Assembly (NCBI GenBank): GCA_026986575.1
Contig: JALSOH010000006.1
Location: forward strand, 288,001 to 352,000
From: Thermoproteota archaeon
Lineage (GTDB): Archaea > Korarchaeota > Korarchaeia > Korarchaeales > Korarchaeaceae
DNA: 64,000 nt
Reading direction: 5' to 3'
Shown here in pieces: positions 9,586-19,596 of the stretch (position 1 is the first letter of the stretch; the number at the start of each line of letters is the position of its first letter). The translations under genes were made by a program, and so were the position numbers. The notes beneath the pieces are model-generated. The model had not been told where the DNA came from and made no database searches. It saw only the letters and a list, made by a program, of their open reading frames with translations.

Positions 9586-10339
9586 CTAGATCCCCTTCGA
9601 GAAGCCTAACTTTTTTGGATTTAAAACTATTGGTTAGACGTATTAACCATCTAAATTCAGGATCATTTATGTAGATATGTCGACTTATTATGAAATAAAG
9701 TGCTTTATATGTAACAAAATTTATACACCGCTGAATAAAAGTAATCGGATTTTCTCATGTTGATAATCGAAGGTACCATCTGCATTAGGCGAAAACATTG
9801 CCTAAAATAATTCATGATAACGAATTCGGCAACCACTCCCATGGCCATCTTCTCTCACGCTATTTCCTGCAGTTCTCAGGTATCATCTCATCATTCACGA
9901 TGAATATCGTGACGTCCGTGGCTAACCTCGTAATGAAGGGAGATGAGGCTCCTGATAAGTATCACTGAGCAGGCTCCTATTAACCCCCTAAGGGTCCTAC
10001 CAGCTCGGTCACGTGCCATAGAGGACAGCCTACCGTCCCTCATAGCCCTCATGAAGGGCGCTGGGACCTATGTTCCTTAAAGTATGCCCTATTCCAGATG
10101 GCCATGTAAGGCTAGAGCTGCTCTAAGGACTCTCTCCAAAAGGGCTATATCAATCCCCTCCCCTAAGCAGGAACTGGTGGGCTGAAAGCACTGGCTGCTA
10201 GCGTGACTTCAGCAAACACTATACATGATGTCTATCAGCTTGTCTGGACTTTCTCTCCCAGAGTCAGCTCGAGCATAGCCTTAGGTGCCGTCACCAGCTC
10301 CACGGAGCAGCGAGGAATGTGAGGAAGATGAGATCCATC

Positions 10340-11209
10340 TCACTTTTTCATGCTCTCGTAGACTATGCGGTTTCTTGTCCTACCAACTCGCCATACCTCT
10401 ATCTCCACGATATCGCCATGTTTGAGGAGTCTTGGAGGATTGGAGAAGCCACCCACTCCTGAAGGAGTTCCAGTGGCTATGATGTCCCCTGGCTCTAGGG
10501 TCATCCCAGTGCTCAGTATGGTAATTATATCCCAAGGTTTGAATATCATCTGACTCGAGCTGGCATGCTGCCTCCTCTCCCCGTTAACCCATGTGGTCAC
10601 CCCTAGCTCCTCGAAGTCCACTGAAACGTCTATCCAAGGGCCTATTGGGGCAAATGTATCGATACTCTTACCCCTGACCCACTGACCATCCCTCCTCTGA
10701 AGATCCCTGGCCGTGACGTCGTTGAATACCATGTAACCCAGAATGGACTCCCTAGCCTCCCCCTCGTTGAGTCTGCGTCCACCCTTCTTCATGACGAAGG
10801 CTATCTCCCCTTCATAATCCACCTCCCTAACGTAGTCGTCAGGTACTATCACATCGTCGTAGGGGCCGTTTAGGGATGTGCGGGCCTTCATGAAGATAAC
10901 GGGCTCCTTTGGAGGTTCGAAACCAGTTTCAGCCGCATGCTCGGCATAATTCTTTCCCAGACAGATTATCTTGGGCGGAGAAGTGAGGGGCCTGAGGAGC
11001 TTCACCTCTTCCAGAGGTATGGTTCGATCCAGTGTCTTATCCTCAAGTTTAAGCACCTCATCTATGAGGGGGAGGTTTATTAATGCCTCCAGACTTGGAG
11101 GTAATTCCCTCCCTATCTTCTCAGAGATGACGTTAGAGGGGGCTATTTCACCATCCTGCTCCACACCGTAGTCCATGGTCCTGCCGTGGACGAACCTGAC
11201 CAGGCGCAT
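10340..11209 (-). CDS. Fumarylacetoacetate hydrolase family protein
   Basis: Motifs KIICLGKNYAEH, DYEGE, NDVTARDLQ, GKSIDTF, GDIIATGTPSGVG. Confidence 0.92.
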   Translation of the reverse strand: MRLVRFVHGRTMDYGVEQDGEIAPSNVISEKIGRELPPSLEALINLPLIDEVLKLEDKTLDRTIPLEEVKLLRPLTSPPKIICLGKNYAEHAAETGFEPPKEPVIFMKARTSLNGPYDDVIVPDDYVREVDYEGEIAFVMKKGGRRLNEGEARESILGYMVFNDVTARDLQRRDGQWVRGKSIDTFAPIGPWIDVSVDFEELGVTTWVNGERRQHASSSQMIFKPWDIITILSTGMTLEPGDIIATGTPSGVGGFSNPPRLLKHGDIVEIEVWRVGRTRNRIVYESMKK

Positions 11210-11287
11210 AGGTCCTTCGTGAAGTCCTTACTTAAAATCAGAGGACTAGTTTATTAGGTGGGTATAAACTATATATGGTGGGGTAAA

Positions 11288-11536
11288 ATGTCGGTTGTGG
11301 GTGTAGACGAGAGGGGCAGGATAACGCTTCCGAAGAGGTTGAGAGAGGGAGTCAAGAGGGTGGTAATAATACCAGTGGGCACCCACTTAGTCCTAATCCC
11401 CCTGAGAGGGGAGCCTGAGAAATACGCAGAGGGGTGGCTTGACACAGATAGGGATAGGAGGGAGTTAAAAGCGGAGGCTGAAAGGCTAGCTAGAGAGGAT
11501 GCGGTTAAGAGGGCCAAGAGGAGGAAGCAGCTGTGA
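11288..11536 (+). CDS. vapB: AbrB/MazE/SpoVT-type antitoxin (VapB)
   Basis: VDERGRITLPK motif; lies immediately upstream of a PIN gene. Confidence 0.85.
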   Translation: MSVVGVDERGRITLPKRLREGVKRVVIIPVGTHLVLIPLRGEPEKYAEGWLDTDRDRRELKAEAERLAREDAVKRAKRRKQL

Positions 11537-11572
11537 CCTCTCCTATCTATACCTCAACTCTTGGTGATTGCC

Positions 11573-11992
11573 ATGATAGTTGAAACTGATGTACTATACG
11601 CCTACGTGAAGAGAGAGGACTGGCTGAAACCAGTGGCCCGCAGGCTGATCAAGATGATTATAGGCGGCGAATTAGGGGAAGTCAAGGCATCTAGGGAGGT
11701 GCTTCATGAGATCTACTACGTCTCCTTAGAAGAGGGGGTGGCTTTGGATGAGATCTTGGAGCGGTTAACCCATCTCACCCTTATTGAGAACTTGAGGTTT
11801 GTGGAGACCACTTGGGAGGACGATCTAGCGGCTATCTCCTTGATGAGGCAGTATGGTCTTTCCTCTATTTTCGACGCTTACTACGCTGCCCTAGCTCTAA
11901 GGGAGGGCGAACCCCTAATCTCTACTGATAGAGCTTACGATAAGATACCTGGGATCAAGAGAGTAGATCCTAGGGACATCGTGAATCGGTAA
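11573..11992 (+). CDS. vapC: PIN-domain toxin (VapC)
   Basis: Motifs IVETDVL, EVLHEI, FDAYYAA, ISTDRAYD. Confidence 0.88.
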   Translation: MIVETDVLYAYVKREDWLKPVARRLIKMIIGGELGEVKASREVLHEIYYVSLEEGVALDEILERLTHLTLIENLRFVETTWEDDLAAISLMRQYGLSSIFDAYYAALALREGEPLISTDRAYDKIPGIKRVDPRDIVNR

Positions 11993-12030
11993 TCACTTCA
12001 TCAGTAATCAGACCGCTAAATTAGGAAAGT

Positions 12031-12813
12031 TTACAGTCTTCTGCTCAGGGAAACGACCTCCCTCAGCTCAACCACCACAGCATCGGGTATCATCATTTCC
12101 TCAGGGATGAATCCATACAGGATATCTTTCTTCATTAAATCTCTGAGGTATCCGCTTTTCAGAAGTAGATCTACCCTCTTGAATGGATCTACTTCCCTCA
12201 GATGGTTCAGTTCCCTAACCATCAGGAACGCAGCTAGGCCAGCGCCTTTAGCTCCAGCCACATCGTGACTTGGGGAATCCCCGGTGTGAAATGCGGCAGA
12301 GCAGCCGCATATCTCCATGGCTTTAGTGAACGCCTCGGGCCTTACTTTGAGGACCCCAAGCCTATCTGTGGTCAAGACAGCGTCAAACATATTTCTAATC
12401 CCCAGCTCACTCAGGATGGCTTCTTGGTACTTGGAAAGACCGCCGGTCATTAGGCAGACCTTGTGATCCCGTCTGAGCTCTTGGATAGCTTCCACAGAAT
12501 CGGGATAAACGCTAGTAGCACCACTCCTCACGGCCTCCAGCAGGAGTGACAGGGCGTCGAACTCACTCGTCCTCAAACCCAGTCGCCTTAGTGCTTCAGG
12601 GATTACGACATCCCAGTCGAAGGCATGCAGATAATCTCCATTCAGGATCTTCTCCCTCATGATCTCCCTCACTTTTTCTCTCAGAGCGAGAATAGCCTCA
12701 TCACCCGGAACACCTAGCCTCCTAGAGAGTAAGCGAGCAGGTCTACCTATGAGGTACTCTCTATATCCGGTCTTTATCACGGTATGGTCTAGGTCTAGGA
12801 AGGCGCATCTCAT
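12031..12813 (-). CDS. HAD-superfamily hydrolase
   Basis: Motif I DLDHT; motif IV GDSPSHDVAGAKGAG. Confidence 0.85.
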   Translation of the reverse strand: MRCAFLDLDHTVIKTGYREYLIGRPARLLSRRLGVPGDEAILALREKVREIMREKILNGDYLHAFDWDVVIPEALRRLGLRTSEFDALSLLLEAVRSGATSVYPDSVEAIQELRRDHKVCLMTGGLSKYQEAILSELGIRNMFDAVLTTDRLGVLKVRPEAFTKAMEICGCSAAFHTGDSPSHDVAGAKGAGLAAFLMVRELNHLREVDPFKRVDLLLKSGYLRDLMKKDILYGFIPEEMMIPDAVVVELREVVSLSRRL

Positions 12814-12933
12814 CCTAGTAAGTGGATTCGGAAATGGGAAAAAGTTAGCTGGCGAGCAGCTGAGGTCCTGAAATCGCGCGCCTGAGCTGATTAGGCCCCC
12901 TCTATCTCAGGGATCCATCCCTTCTTTCTCCAT

Positions 12934-13334
12934 CTAGCCCAGTATTACGGACATTATCCGCTCTAGCTCCTCCACTTGGCCGAGTAGCGATAGCAGGATC
13001 TCGTGATTCACCTCGGAATATGAGTGAACGAGGGGATTCCTCAATCCCGCTAGAGAAGATACCATCTCTCCATCTGCCCTGTCGAGGACTCCCATATTAA
13101 CTAAGAGTGGCCCTATCTCCCTGTACTTCGAGGGAACTGGACCTCCCTTCTTAGCGATTATGAAGCTCCCTACGTCAAGTATGGCCTCGATGGCCACTTG
13201 GAAGTCCCTCTCGGCTGAGTCCATACGAAGGGATTGCTGAAGTAACCCTCTCTACCCATCGATCTGATGATCTTCAGCTTGGACACAGCCGTCCTGAACC
13301 TGCTAATCCTCCCCACAAGCCCGGGACTAGGCAT
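12934..13334 (-). pseudogene. HEPN/HepT (DUF86) toxin, frameshifted
   Basis: The N-terminus MPSPGLVGRISRF..GYFSNPFV (ATG 13334) is out of frame with MDSAERDFQVAIE..GLRNPLVHSY. One base is missing near 13225. Confidence 0.8.
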
Positions 13335-13726
13335 TCGTTATCGCCCTCATCATGCCTTTAACCATTCTCTCGTAATAGGGCTTGAAGTCCAAGTACTCCA
13401 TTATGGCCCTTGCCTTATCCTCAGCCATGAGAGTCTCATCTCTCACCAGGATTGTGATGCCAGTCCTGAAGATCTCATACCTCGGGGGGCGGAGCCGTAC
13501 CCACATCAACTATGTGGATGGGTCTCCCTACGGCGGATTCCATTAGGGAGGAGAGCCTTCCTAGCTCCAAGGGTTCGGGCCTCACGAAGAATTTGATGGC
13601 GACATCCACATCACTATCCTCCCTCAACCTTCCCCCCACGGCTGATCCGAAGAGTATGGCGTAAATGACGTTATCCTCTACTGAGAGAACCCTTCTCAAT
13701 TCAATTACAATTTTCTCAACGCTCAT
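13327..13726 (-). pseudogene. Minimal nucleotidyltransferase (MNT) antitoxin, frameshifted
   Basis: Motif LFGS..G....SDVDVA. The frame breaks at a C6 run (13484-13489) and continues RYEIFRTG..YLDFKP in another frame. Confidence 0.82.
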
Positions 13727-13915
13727 CCACGATATCTAGGAGGGGCTAGATATAATCGCTCTGCCATATCTTGGGAATGAGATGAGGTCCACAAGGCACT
13801 CAGTGGGATTGATGATCTCAAGGAAATTCTCTTGATCAATTAGGCCGTTCTAACATAATCCCCAACACATCCAAAAAACAAAAAATAATGTGTTAATAGG
13901 TAACGGGATTCCGCT

Positions 13916-14260
13916 TCAACTTTGTTTGATGCTGATGATGTATTCAAGCTCGGACCCCTTGGGCCTTCCATAGGACGCTGTGGCCAGCCTGATCAAGCTG
14001 GCTGATGAGACCGGAATGAGCAAGGAGACTCTCCTGAAGGTGCCAGATGCTCTAGGAGAAATACAAGTTGGTCTTCTCGGTGAAACTGTGCAGTGAGCTC
14101 GCTTCTCGACTAGGAAAGCGATGTCCTCCTCAGAGAGCGCTGGCCTTGTTGGGGACGTAGACCCTCCTCCCTCTGTCTGGCGCGCTGAATTTCGGAGAGA
14201 AACTTGACGACCCTCGCTGATGTTACCTGATGCCTCAGTGGTAAAGTTGGGCGCTTCCAT
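13916..14260 (-). CDS. Dubious orphan ORF
   Basis: 114 aa, Ser/Thr/Pro-rich; the only long ORF in this interval; no motif recognised. Confidence 0.25.
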   Translation of the reverse strand: MEAPNFTTEASGNISEGRQVSLRNSARQTEGGGSTSPTRPALSEEDIAFLVEKRAHCTVSPRRPTCISPRASGTFRRVSLLIPVSSASLIRLATASYGRPKGSELEYIISIKQS

Positions 14261-14357
14261 TAAGCTGAAATTCAGTAAGATTCCTCTTCTTAGGCAATAG
14301 GTCTCCCACTAACTTTGAGACCGCATTAACAGCTTCATTTAAGGTCTAAGGGATCGA

Positions 14358-15341
14358 TCACCTAGATACGAGATCTCTCACGCTAGCACAGACTTCCCAA
14401 GTTTTCATCTTTCCTCCGACATCTGGAGTAGTGTATCCGAGTTCGCATGCTCTCCACACAGCCCTCTCTAGGTCCTCACCTACCTCCCTGTACCCAAGCC
14501 ATTTGAACATCATCGCTGCAGAGAGTAGGGTAGCCATCGGATTAGCTACTCCCCTGCCAGCTATGTCAGGGGCTGTCCCGTGAACTGGCTCGAATACAGC
14601 GTTCTCGTCCCCTATGTTCCCGCTGGGGTACATGCCCAACCCACCAATGTAAGCTGCTGCAAGGTCAGCTAAGATATCGCCGAACATGTTGGTAGTTATT
14701 ATGATATCGAAGGGTCTGTCCATGGCAAGTCTCATCGCCGCGGCATCCACGTACATCTCCCTGTACTCGAATCCCTCCTCCGCCGCTACGGAGGAGCACA
14801 CTTCTCTGAAAAGCCTGCAGCCTAGGAGGACGTTGGCCTTGTGAACCACGTAGACCCTCTCCTTCTCCGCCTCTCTTGCGTACCTATACCCATACTTGCA
14901 GATACGTTCACTCCCTCTCCTAGTAACTACTCTCAGATCCACAGCCGTCTCCCCGTTAGTCCAGCCTGCCCTGACGTACAGCCCCTCGGTGTTCTCCCTC
15001 ACTATTGTGACATCGAAGTCCTGAACGGCGTTAGGTACCGGATAGGACTTGGCCGGCCTCAAATTCACGTATAGGTCTAGCTCTTGTCTGATCGGTAGGA
15101 TAACCTCCCTCGCCGTCTCACCAACAGCCACCATCAGCGTCGCATCGGCCTTGCGAACTCCCTCGAACGTGTCCTCCGGGAGGGCAACCCCCCTCCTCCT
15201 CTTAGTCTCATCCCCTGCTTCGTAAACCTCCATATGCAAGGGTATCCCGTGTTTATCCGCTAGCGTCTCTAGAACTGGGGTCACTGCCTCCATTATCTCG
15301 GGACCTATTCCATCACCCGGTATCAGAGCTATCCTTGGCAT
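14358..15341 (-). CDS. leuB: 3-isopropylmalate dehydrogenase
   Basis: Motifs GDGIGPE, RENTEG, HKANV, NMFGDILAD, FEPVHGTAPDIAG; in the leu operon. Confidence 0.88.
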   Translation of the reverse strand: MPRIALIPGDGIGPEIMEAVTPVLETLADKHGIPLHMEVYEAGDETKRRRGVALPEDTFEGVRKADATLMVAVGETAREVILPIRQELDLYVNLRPAKSYPVPNAVQDFDVTIVRENTEGLYVRAGWTNGETAVDLRVVTRRGSERICKYGYRYAREAEKERVYVVHKANVLLGCRLFREVCSSVAAEEGFEYREMYVDAAAMRLAMDRPFDIIITTNMFGDILADLAAAYIGGLGMYPSGNIGDENAVFEPVHGTAPDIAGRGVANPMATLLSAAMMFKWLGYREVGEDLERAVWRACELGYTTPDVGGKMKTWEVCASVRDLVSR

Positions 15342-15825
15342 GGAATCTCCTCCTCAAGTAGGGAACTAGGCCTCCGGCCTCCAGTATCTCCATAAGGGAG
15401 TCCGGCATCCTCGTGCCCTTGAGCTCTCCCTTACCCGTAACCTTCACCACTCCCGATCTGAGGTCGACCTCCACCTCATCGCCGTCCTCCACAACCTCAC
15501 TTATGCCCGGGACCTCCATTACCGGCAACCCCACGTTGATCGCGTTCCTGAAGAAGATCCTAGCGAAGCTCTCCGCTAGCACGATCTTGACACCGGCGTA
15601 CTTGAGGGCTAGAGGAGCCTGCTCCCTGCTCGAGCCGTAGCCGAAATTCCTCCCTGCCACGATGATTTTCCTCTCCTTCACCTTCTCCCCGAACTCCGGA
15701 TCCAGATCCTCCATCGCGTGCTTCCTGAGTACCTCGGGATCCGCCCCATGCTTCAGGTAGCGGGCAGGGATTATCACATCCGTATCGACATCGTCGCCAT
15801 ACTTGATCACTCTACCCCTTATCAA
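15313..15825 (-). CDS. leuD: 3-isopropylmalate dehydratase small subunit
   Basis: Motifs [33 protein letters not shown]. Confidence 0.9.
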   Translation of the reverse strand: MIRGRVIKYGDDVDTDVIIPARYLKHGADPEVLRKHAMEDLDPEFGEKVKERKIIVAGRNFGYGSSREQAPLALKYAGVKIVLAESFARIFFRNAINVGLPVMEVPGISEVVEDGDEVEVDLRSGVVKVTGKGELKGTRMPDSLMEILEAGGLVPYLRRRFHAKDSSDTG

Positions 15826-17072
15826 GAAACCACCTCCCTCGGGTCGGTCACTCGCCCGGTAAGGGCGCTGGCAGCGACTGTGCTTGGGCTAGCTAGGTAG
15901 ACGCGCGAATCGGGGTGTCCCATCCTGCCCCTGAAGTTCCTGTTGGATGAGGAGATACCAACCTCGTTTGGCCCTAGCACGCCCAGATGGGCGCCTAGGC
16001 AGGGACCGCAGCTCGGAGGTCCTATCGCTGCCCCGCTCTCGACCAAAGCGTCTATGAGCCCAATTCTCAACGCCTCCCTGTACACCCTCTGACTCCCCGG
16101 TATCACGATCAGCCTGACCCTCTCGCTCACCCTTCTGCCCCTCAGGATTCTGACGGCCGCCTTCAAATCGCTTAGCCTTCCCCCAGTGCAAGAGCCTATG
16201 AAGGCCTGGTCTATCTCCTCATCAACCTCCCCTGCCGCCCTCACATTCGCAGGAGAGTGAGGAGCGGCCACCAAGGGTTCTAGGGAACTCACATCGAAGA
16301 TAAGCTCGTCCTCGAAGCTCCCTTTATCGGAGTACTCTGGTCTGGGCGGCTTTGAAGTCCTTCCCTCTAGGTAGCGGAAGGTGACCTCGTCCGGGGAGAT
16401 GAATCCCGTCTTCGCGCCGGCCTCGACCGACATGTTGGTGAGCACGAACCTCTCGTCCATCTCCAGCTCCCTCACAGCTGGCCCATCGAACTCCAGCACT
16501 TTGTATATGGCCCCATCGGTTCCTATCATCGATATCACCTCAAGGATAAGGTCCTTGGCGTGCACGAGAGGGGGGAAGGATCCCTCGCCCCTTATCAGGA
16601 TGGTAGGGGGCACCTTGAACCAGAGCCTGCCGAGGGCCATTGCTGCAGCCATCTCCGTCGCTCCTATCCCGACCGCAAACGCCCCTAAAGCTCCCGATGT
16701 GGGGGTGTGAGAGTCGGTGCCCACTACCACGTCGCCTGGAACGACATGTCCTTCCTCCGGCATGACGATGTGGCATATCCCTCCTCTCCCCACCTCGTAG
16801 TACGCGCCGAAGTTGAACCTCCTGTGAAACTCCCTCAACCTCATGCTCAGCACCGCAGACTCTATGTCCTTCGCCGGCACGAAGTGGTCCTGTATGGCCA
16901 CCACCCTCTCTGGATACTTCACCTCGACACCTATCTCGTTCAACGCGTCCTCGACCAGCGCACCCATGGGATCATGGGTCATGTAGACATCAATCTCAGC
17001 CTCTACTATGTCGCCCGCACTCACGTCCTTACCCGAGGCCCTCGCCAGTATCTTCTCAATTGCCGTTTTCAA
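15822..17072 (-). CDS. leuC: 3-isopropylmalate dehydratase large subunit
   Basis: Motifs GICH, DSHT, IGSCTGGR, CGPCLG, NRNFRGRMG. Confidence 0.9.
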   Translation of the reverse strand: MKTAIEKILARASGKDVSAGDIVEAEIDVYMTHDPMGALVEDALNEIGVEVKYPERVVAIQDHFVPAKDIESAVLSMRLREFHRRFNFGAYYEVGRGGICHIVMPEEGHVVPGDVVVGTDSHTPTSGALGAFAVGIGATEMAAAMALGRLWFKVPPTILIRGEGSFPPLVHAKDLILEVISMIGTDGAIYKVLEFDGPAVRELEMDERFVLTNMSVEAGAKTGFISPDEVTFRYLEGRTSKPPRPEYSDKGSFEDELIFDVSSLEPLVAAPHSPANVRAAGEVDEEIDQAFIGSCTGGRLSDLKAAVRILRGRRVSERVRLIVIPGSQRVYREALRIGLIDALVESGAAIGPPSCGPCLGAHLGVLGPNEVGISSSNRNFRGRMGHPDSRVYLASPSTVAASALTGRVTDPREVVS

Positions 17073-18639
17073 GGGTCATCACCTTGTTCAGGGCATCGAC
17101 CAGCGCCTCTATGCTGGCATCAACTATATCATCGCTGAGCCCGAATCCCTCGGCCGCCACTCCGTTCGATTCCACCCTGACGTAGACCTCGCCCACAGCT
17201 TCAGTTCCCCTGCTGACAGCGTTGAGCTTGAACCTAATCAGCCTGAACTCGGGCATCCCCTCTATGGACTTGAGGGCGTTGGCTATGGCATCGACGGGAC
17301 CCACGCCCCAGCCGGCGCTCCTCCTCTCCTCACCCCTGAGCCTGACCCTCACCCAAGCGGAGGGAGTTATGCTGCTCCCTGTGACCACGGTCCACTCGGG
17401 CACCTCCATCAGCCTGGCGCCGGGCCTCCCACCTACGACCTCAGCAACTATCTTGGAGAACCTTCTCTCGGTCACCTTGACGCCCTTATCCCCTAGCTCC
17501 TTCACCCTCTGGACTATAAGGTCCAGTTCTTCCTTGCTCACATCATAGCCGAGCTGCTTGACTGCCTGTTCCACTGCATGCCTCCCCGTGTGCTTCCCCA
17601 GCACGATGCGCCTCCTCATCCCCACGACCTCCGGGCTGAGCGGCTCGTAGGTCCCAGGATGGCCGAGAACCCCGTGCACGTGTATGCCTGACTCGTGGGA
17701 GAAAGCGTTGTCCCCTATGATGGGGGCGTTTGGAGGCACCTGTATGCCAGTGAACTTCTCCACAAGCTCCGATACGGATCTGAGCTTCGATAGGTCCACA
17801 CCAGTCTCCACCCCATAGAGGAACTTCAGGGCCGTGACGAACTGCTCTAGAGAGGCGTTTCCGGCCCTCTCCCCTATCCCGTTAATGGTTACATGCGCCT
17901 GCTGGGCGCCCGCCTCCACCCCAGCCAAGGAATTGGCCACCGCCAGCCCGAAGTCGTTGTGGCAGTGGACGCTCACAGGTATGCCGAGCTCGTCAACAAC
18001 CCTCCCGACCAAGGCCCTCATGGCCGGAGGCGACATCACTCCTACGGTATCGGGTATGTCGACCCTGTCGGCCCCAGCCTCCTCCACGGCCTTGAACACC
18101 TCGATTAGGAAGTCCACCTCCGTCCTAGTCGCGTCCTCCGCGGAGAACTCTACCTTTACGCCCCTTGACTTCGCGTACTCCACTGCTCGGACGGCCCTCT
18201 CTAGCACCTCCTCCTTGCTCATTCTAAGTTTGTACTCCCTGTGCAGGGGGGAGGTGGCTATGAAGATATGGACCGAGTCGACGCCCGCATCCACGGCTAT
18301 GTCTATATCCTTGGGAGTTGACCTAGCCAGCGCGCAGATCTCGGCCTTGGTGCTGCCCTCTATCTCCTTGACAGCCTTCGCTATCTCCCTGACGGACTGG
18401 GTCTCTCCCTTGGAGGTGATTGGGAAGCCCGCCTCTATCACATCCACGCCCAGCTCGTCCAAGGTCATTGCAATCTCTATCTTCTCCTCCGGCGTGAGTG
18501 AGACCCCAGGTGTCTGCTCACCGTCCCTCAAAGTGGTATCAAAAACCCTCGCTCTATCGGGGAGCCTCAGCGCTCCCCTAACCGAGGAGTTGATATCGGA
18601 AACGTAGGCTACTCTAGTTCCAAGGGACCACCTGCCCAT
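17056..18639 (-). CDS. leuA: 2-isopropylmalate synthase (LeuA/CimA family, with regulatory domain)
   Basis: Motifs DTTLRDGEQTPG, HCHNDFG, GERAGNA, HESGIH, GPVDA. Confidence 0.88.
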   Translation of the reverse strand: MGRWSLGTRVAYVSDINSSVRGALRLPDRARVFDTTLRDGEQTPGVSLTPEEKIEIAMTLDELGVDVIEAGFPITSKGETQSVREIAKAVKEIEGSTKAEICALARSTPKDIDIAVDAGVDSVHIFIATSPLHREYKLRMSKEEVLERAVRAVEYAKSRGVKVEFSAEDATRTEVDFLIEVFKAVEEAGADRVDIPDTVGVMSPPAMRALVGRVVDELGIPVSVHCHNDFGLAVANSLAGVEAGAQQAHVTINGIGERAGNASLEQFVTALKFLYGVETGVDLSKLRSVSELVEKFTGIQVPPNAPIIGDNAFSHESGIHVHGVLGHPGTYEPLSPEVVGMRRRIVLGKHTGRHAVEQAVKQLGYDVSKEELDLIVQRVKELGDKGVKVTERRFSKIVAEVVGGRPGARLMEVPEWTVVTGSSITPSAWVRVRLRGEERRSAGWGVGPVDAIANALKSIEGMPEFRLIRFKLNAVSRGTEAVGEVYVRVESNGVAAEGFGLSDDIVDASIEALVDALNKVMTLENGN

Positions 18640-18725
18640 CGCTAAGTAGGTCCAATTAAAAAGGTATACTCATTCGGCGCTGAGCATCGACACCGTTATT
18701 ATCTCTCCCCACCTATACACGCGCC

Positions 18726-19577
18726 ATGAGATTCAAGAGCGCCGAGCATCCCGAGATGGAGGGTGGTAAGCAGTATCACATCCAGATATCTGGGGAGGAG
18801 GCTGAGAGGTACGCGTTACTCCCGGGCGATCCGGATAGGGTCCCCAAGATATCGAGGCAGTGGGACTGGTTCGAGGAGGTAGCTAGGCACAGGCAGTACG
18901 TGGTCCACAGGGGGGCCTACAAGGGTGTGAGGCTGCTGGCGATATCGACGGGCATAGGAGCCCCGGCCACGGCTATAGCGGTGGAGGAGCTGGCTAGGGT
19001 GGGAGTGGACACCTTCATAAGGGTAGGGAGTACAGGTGCAATACAGCCCGAGATAGAGCTTGGGGATCTGGTGATCACATCGGCTGCCGTTAGAATGGAG
19101 GGAACAAGCGATCAGTACGTGCTGAAGGGCTACCCGGCTCACGCCAGCTACGAGGTCCTCCTGGCCCTGATAGAGGCGGCCGATTCCTTGGGGTACAGGT
19201 ACCATGTGGGTATCACGGCCACGACGGACAGCTTCTACACGGGCCAAGGGAGGCATGGTTTCAACGGGTATGAGCAAAGCTGGCATAAGAACCTGATAGG
19301 AGATCTCAGAGCCGCTAGGGTCCTCAACTTCGAGATGGAGTCCTCAGCCCTCTTCGTCCTAGCCTCCCTCTTCGGTCTCAGGGCCGGAGCTGTCCACGCC
19401 GTCTTCGCCCAGAGGAACAGGAACGAGTTCGACGTGAGAGGCGAGGAGGAGGCGATAAGGGTGGCGAATGAGGCCATCAAGATACTTAGTGAGTGGGACT
19501 CACTCAAGGAAGGTGAGGGGAAGGGGTACCTGACCCCATCGCTCCTGAGAGAATGGTCGAGGAAAAAGGAGAGATGA
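18726..19577 (+). CDS. udp: Uridine phosphorylase
   Basis: Motifs QYHI, LPGDPDRV, STGIGAP, RVGSTGAIQ, FYTGQGR, NFEMES. Confidence 0.92.
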   Translation: MRFKSAEHPEMEGGKQYHIQISGEEAERYALLPGDPDRVPKISRQWDWFEEVARHRQYVVHRGAYKGVRLLAISTGIGAPATAIAVEELARVGVDTFIRVGSTGAIQPEIELGDLVITSAAVRMEGTSDQYVLKGYPAHASYEVLLALIEAADSLGYRYHVGITATTDSFYTGQGRHGFNGYEQSWHKNLIGDLRAARVLNFEMESSALFVLASLFGLRAGAVHAVFAQRNRNEFDVRGEEEAIRVANEAIKILSEWDSLKEGEGKGYLTPSLLREWSRKKER

Positions 19578-19596
19578 GTAGGGGCCACGGTCAGTA

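Noticed and set aside
12830-12930. Cluster of CTGA motifs suggesting a C/D sRNA
   Set aside because: No credible box C and no matching guide.
13975-14090. Hammerhead-like motif (hairpin, CTGATGAG..., GAAAC)
   Set aside because: No UH cleavage site, no stem III complementarity, and an irregular stem II.
17834-18607. Long antisense ORFs (for example 257 aa opposite leuA, 243 aa opposite trm5, 230 aa opposite the AIR-synthase-like gene)
   Set aside because: Shadow frames of well-supported genes, with Ser/Pro-rich, non-protein-like composition.
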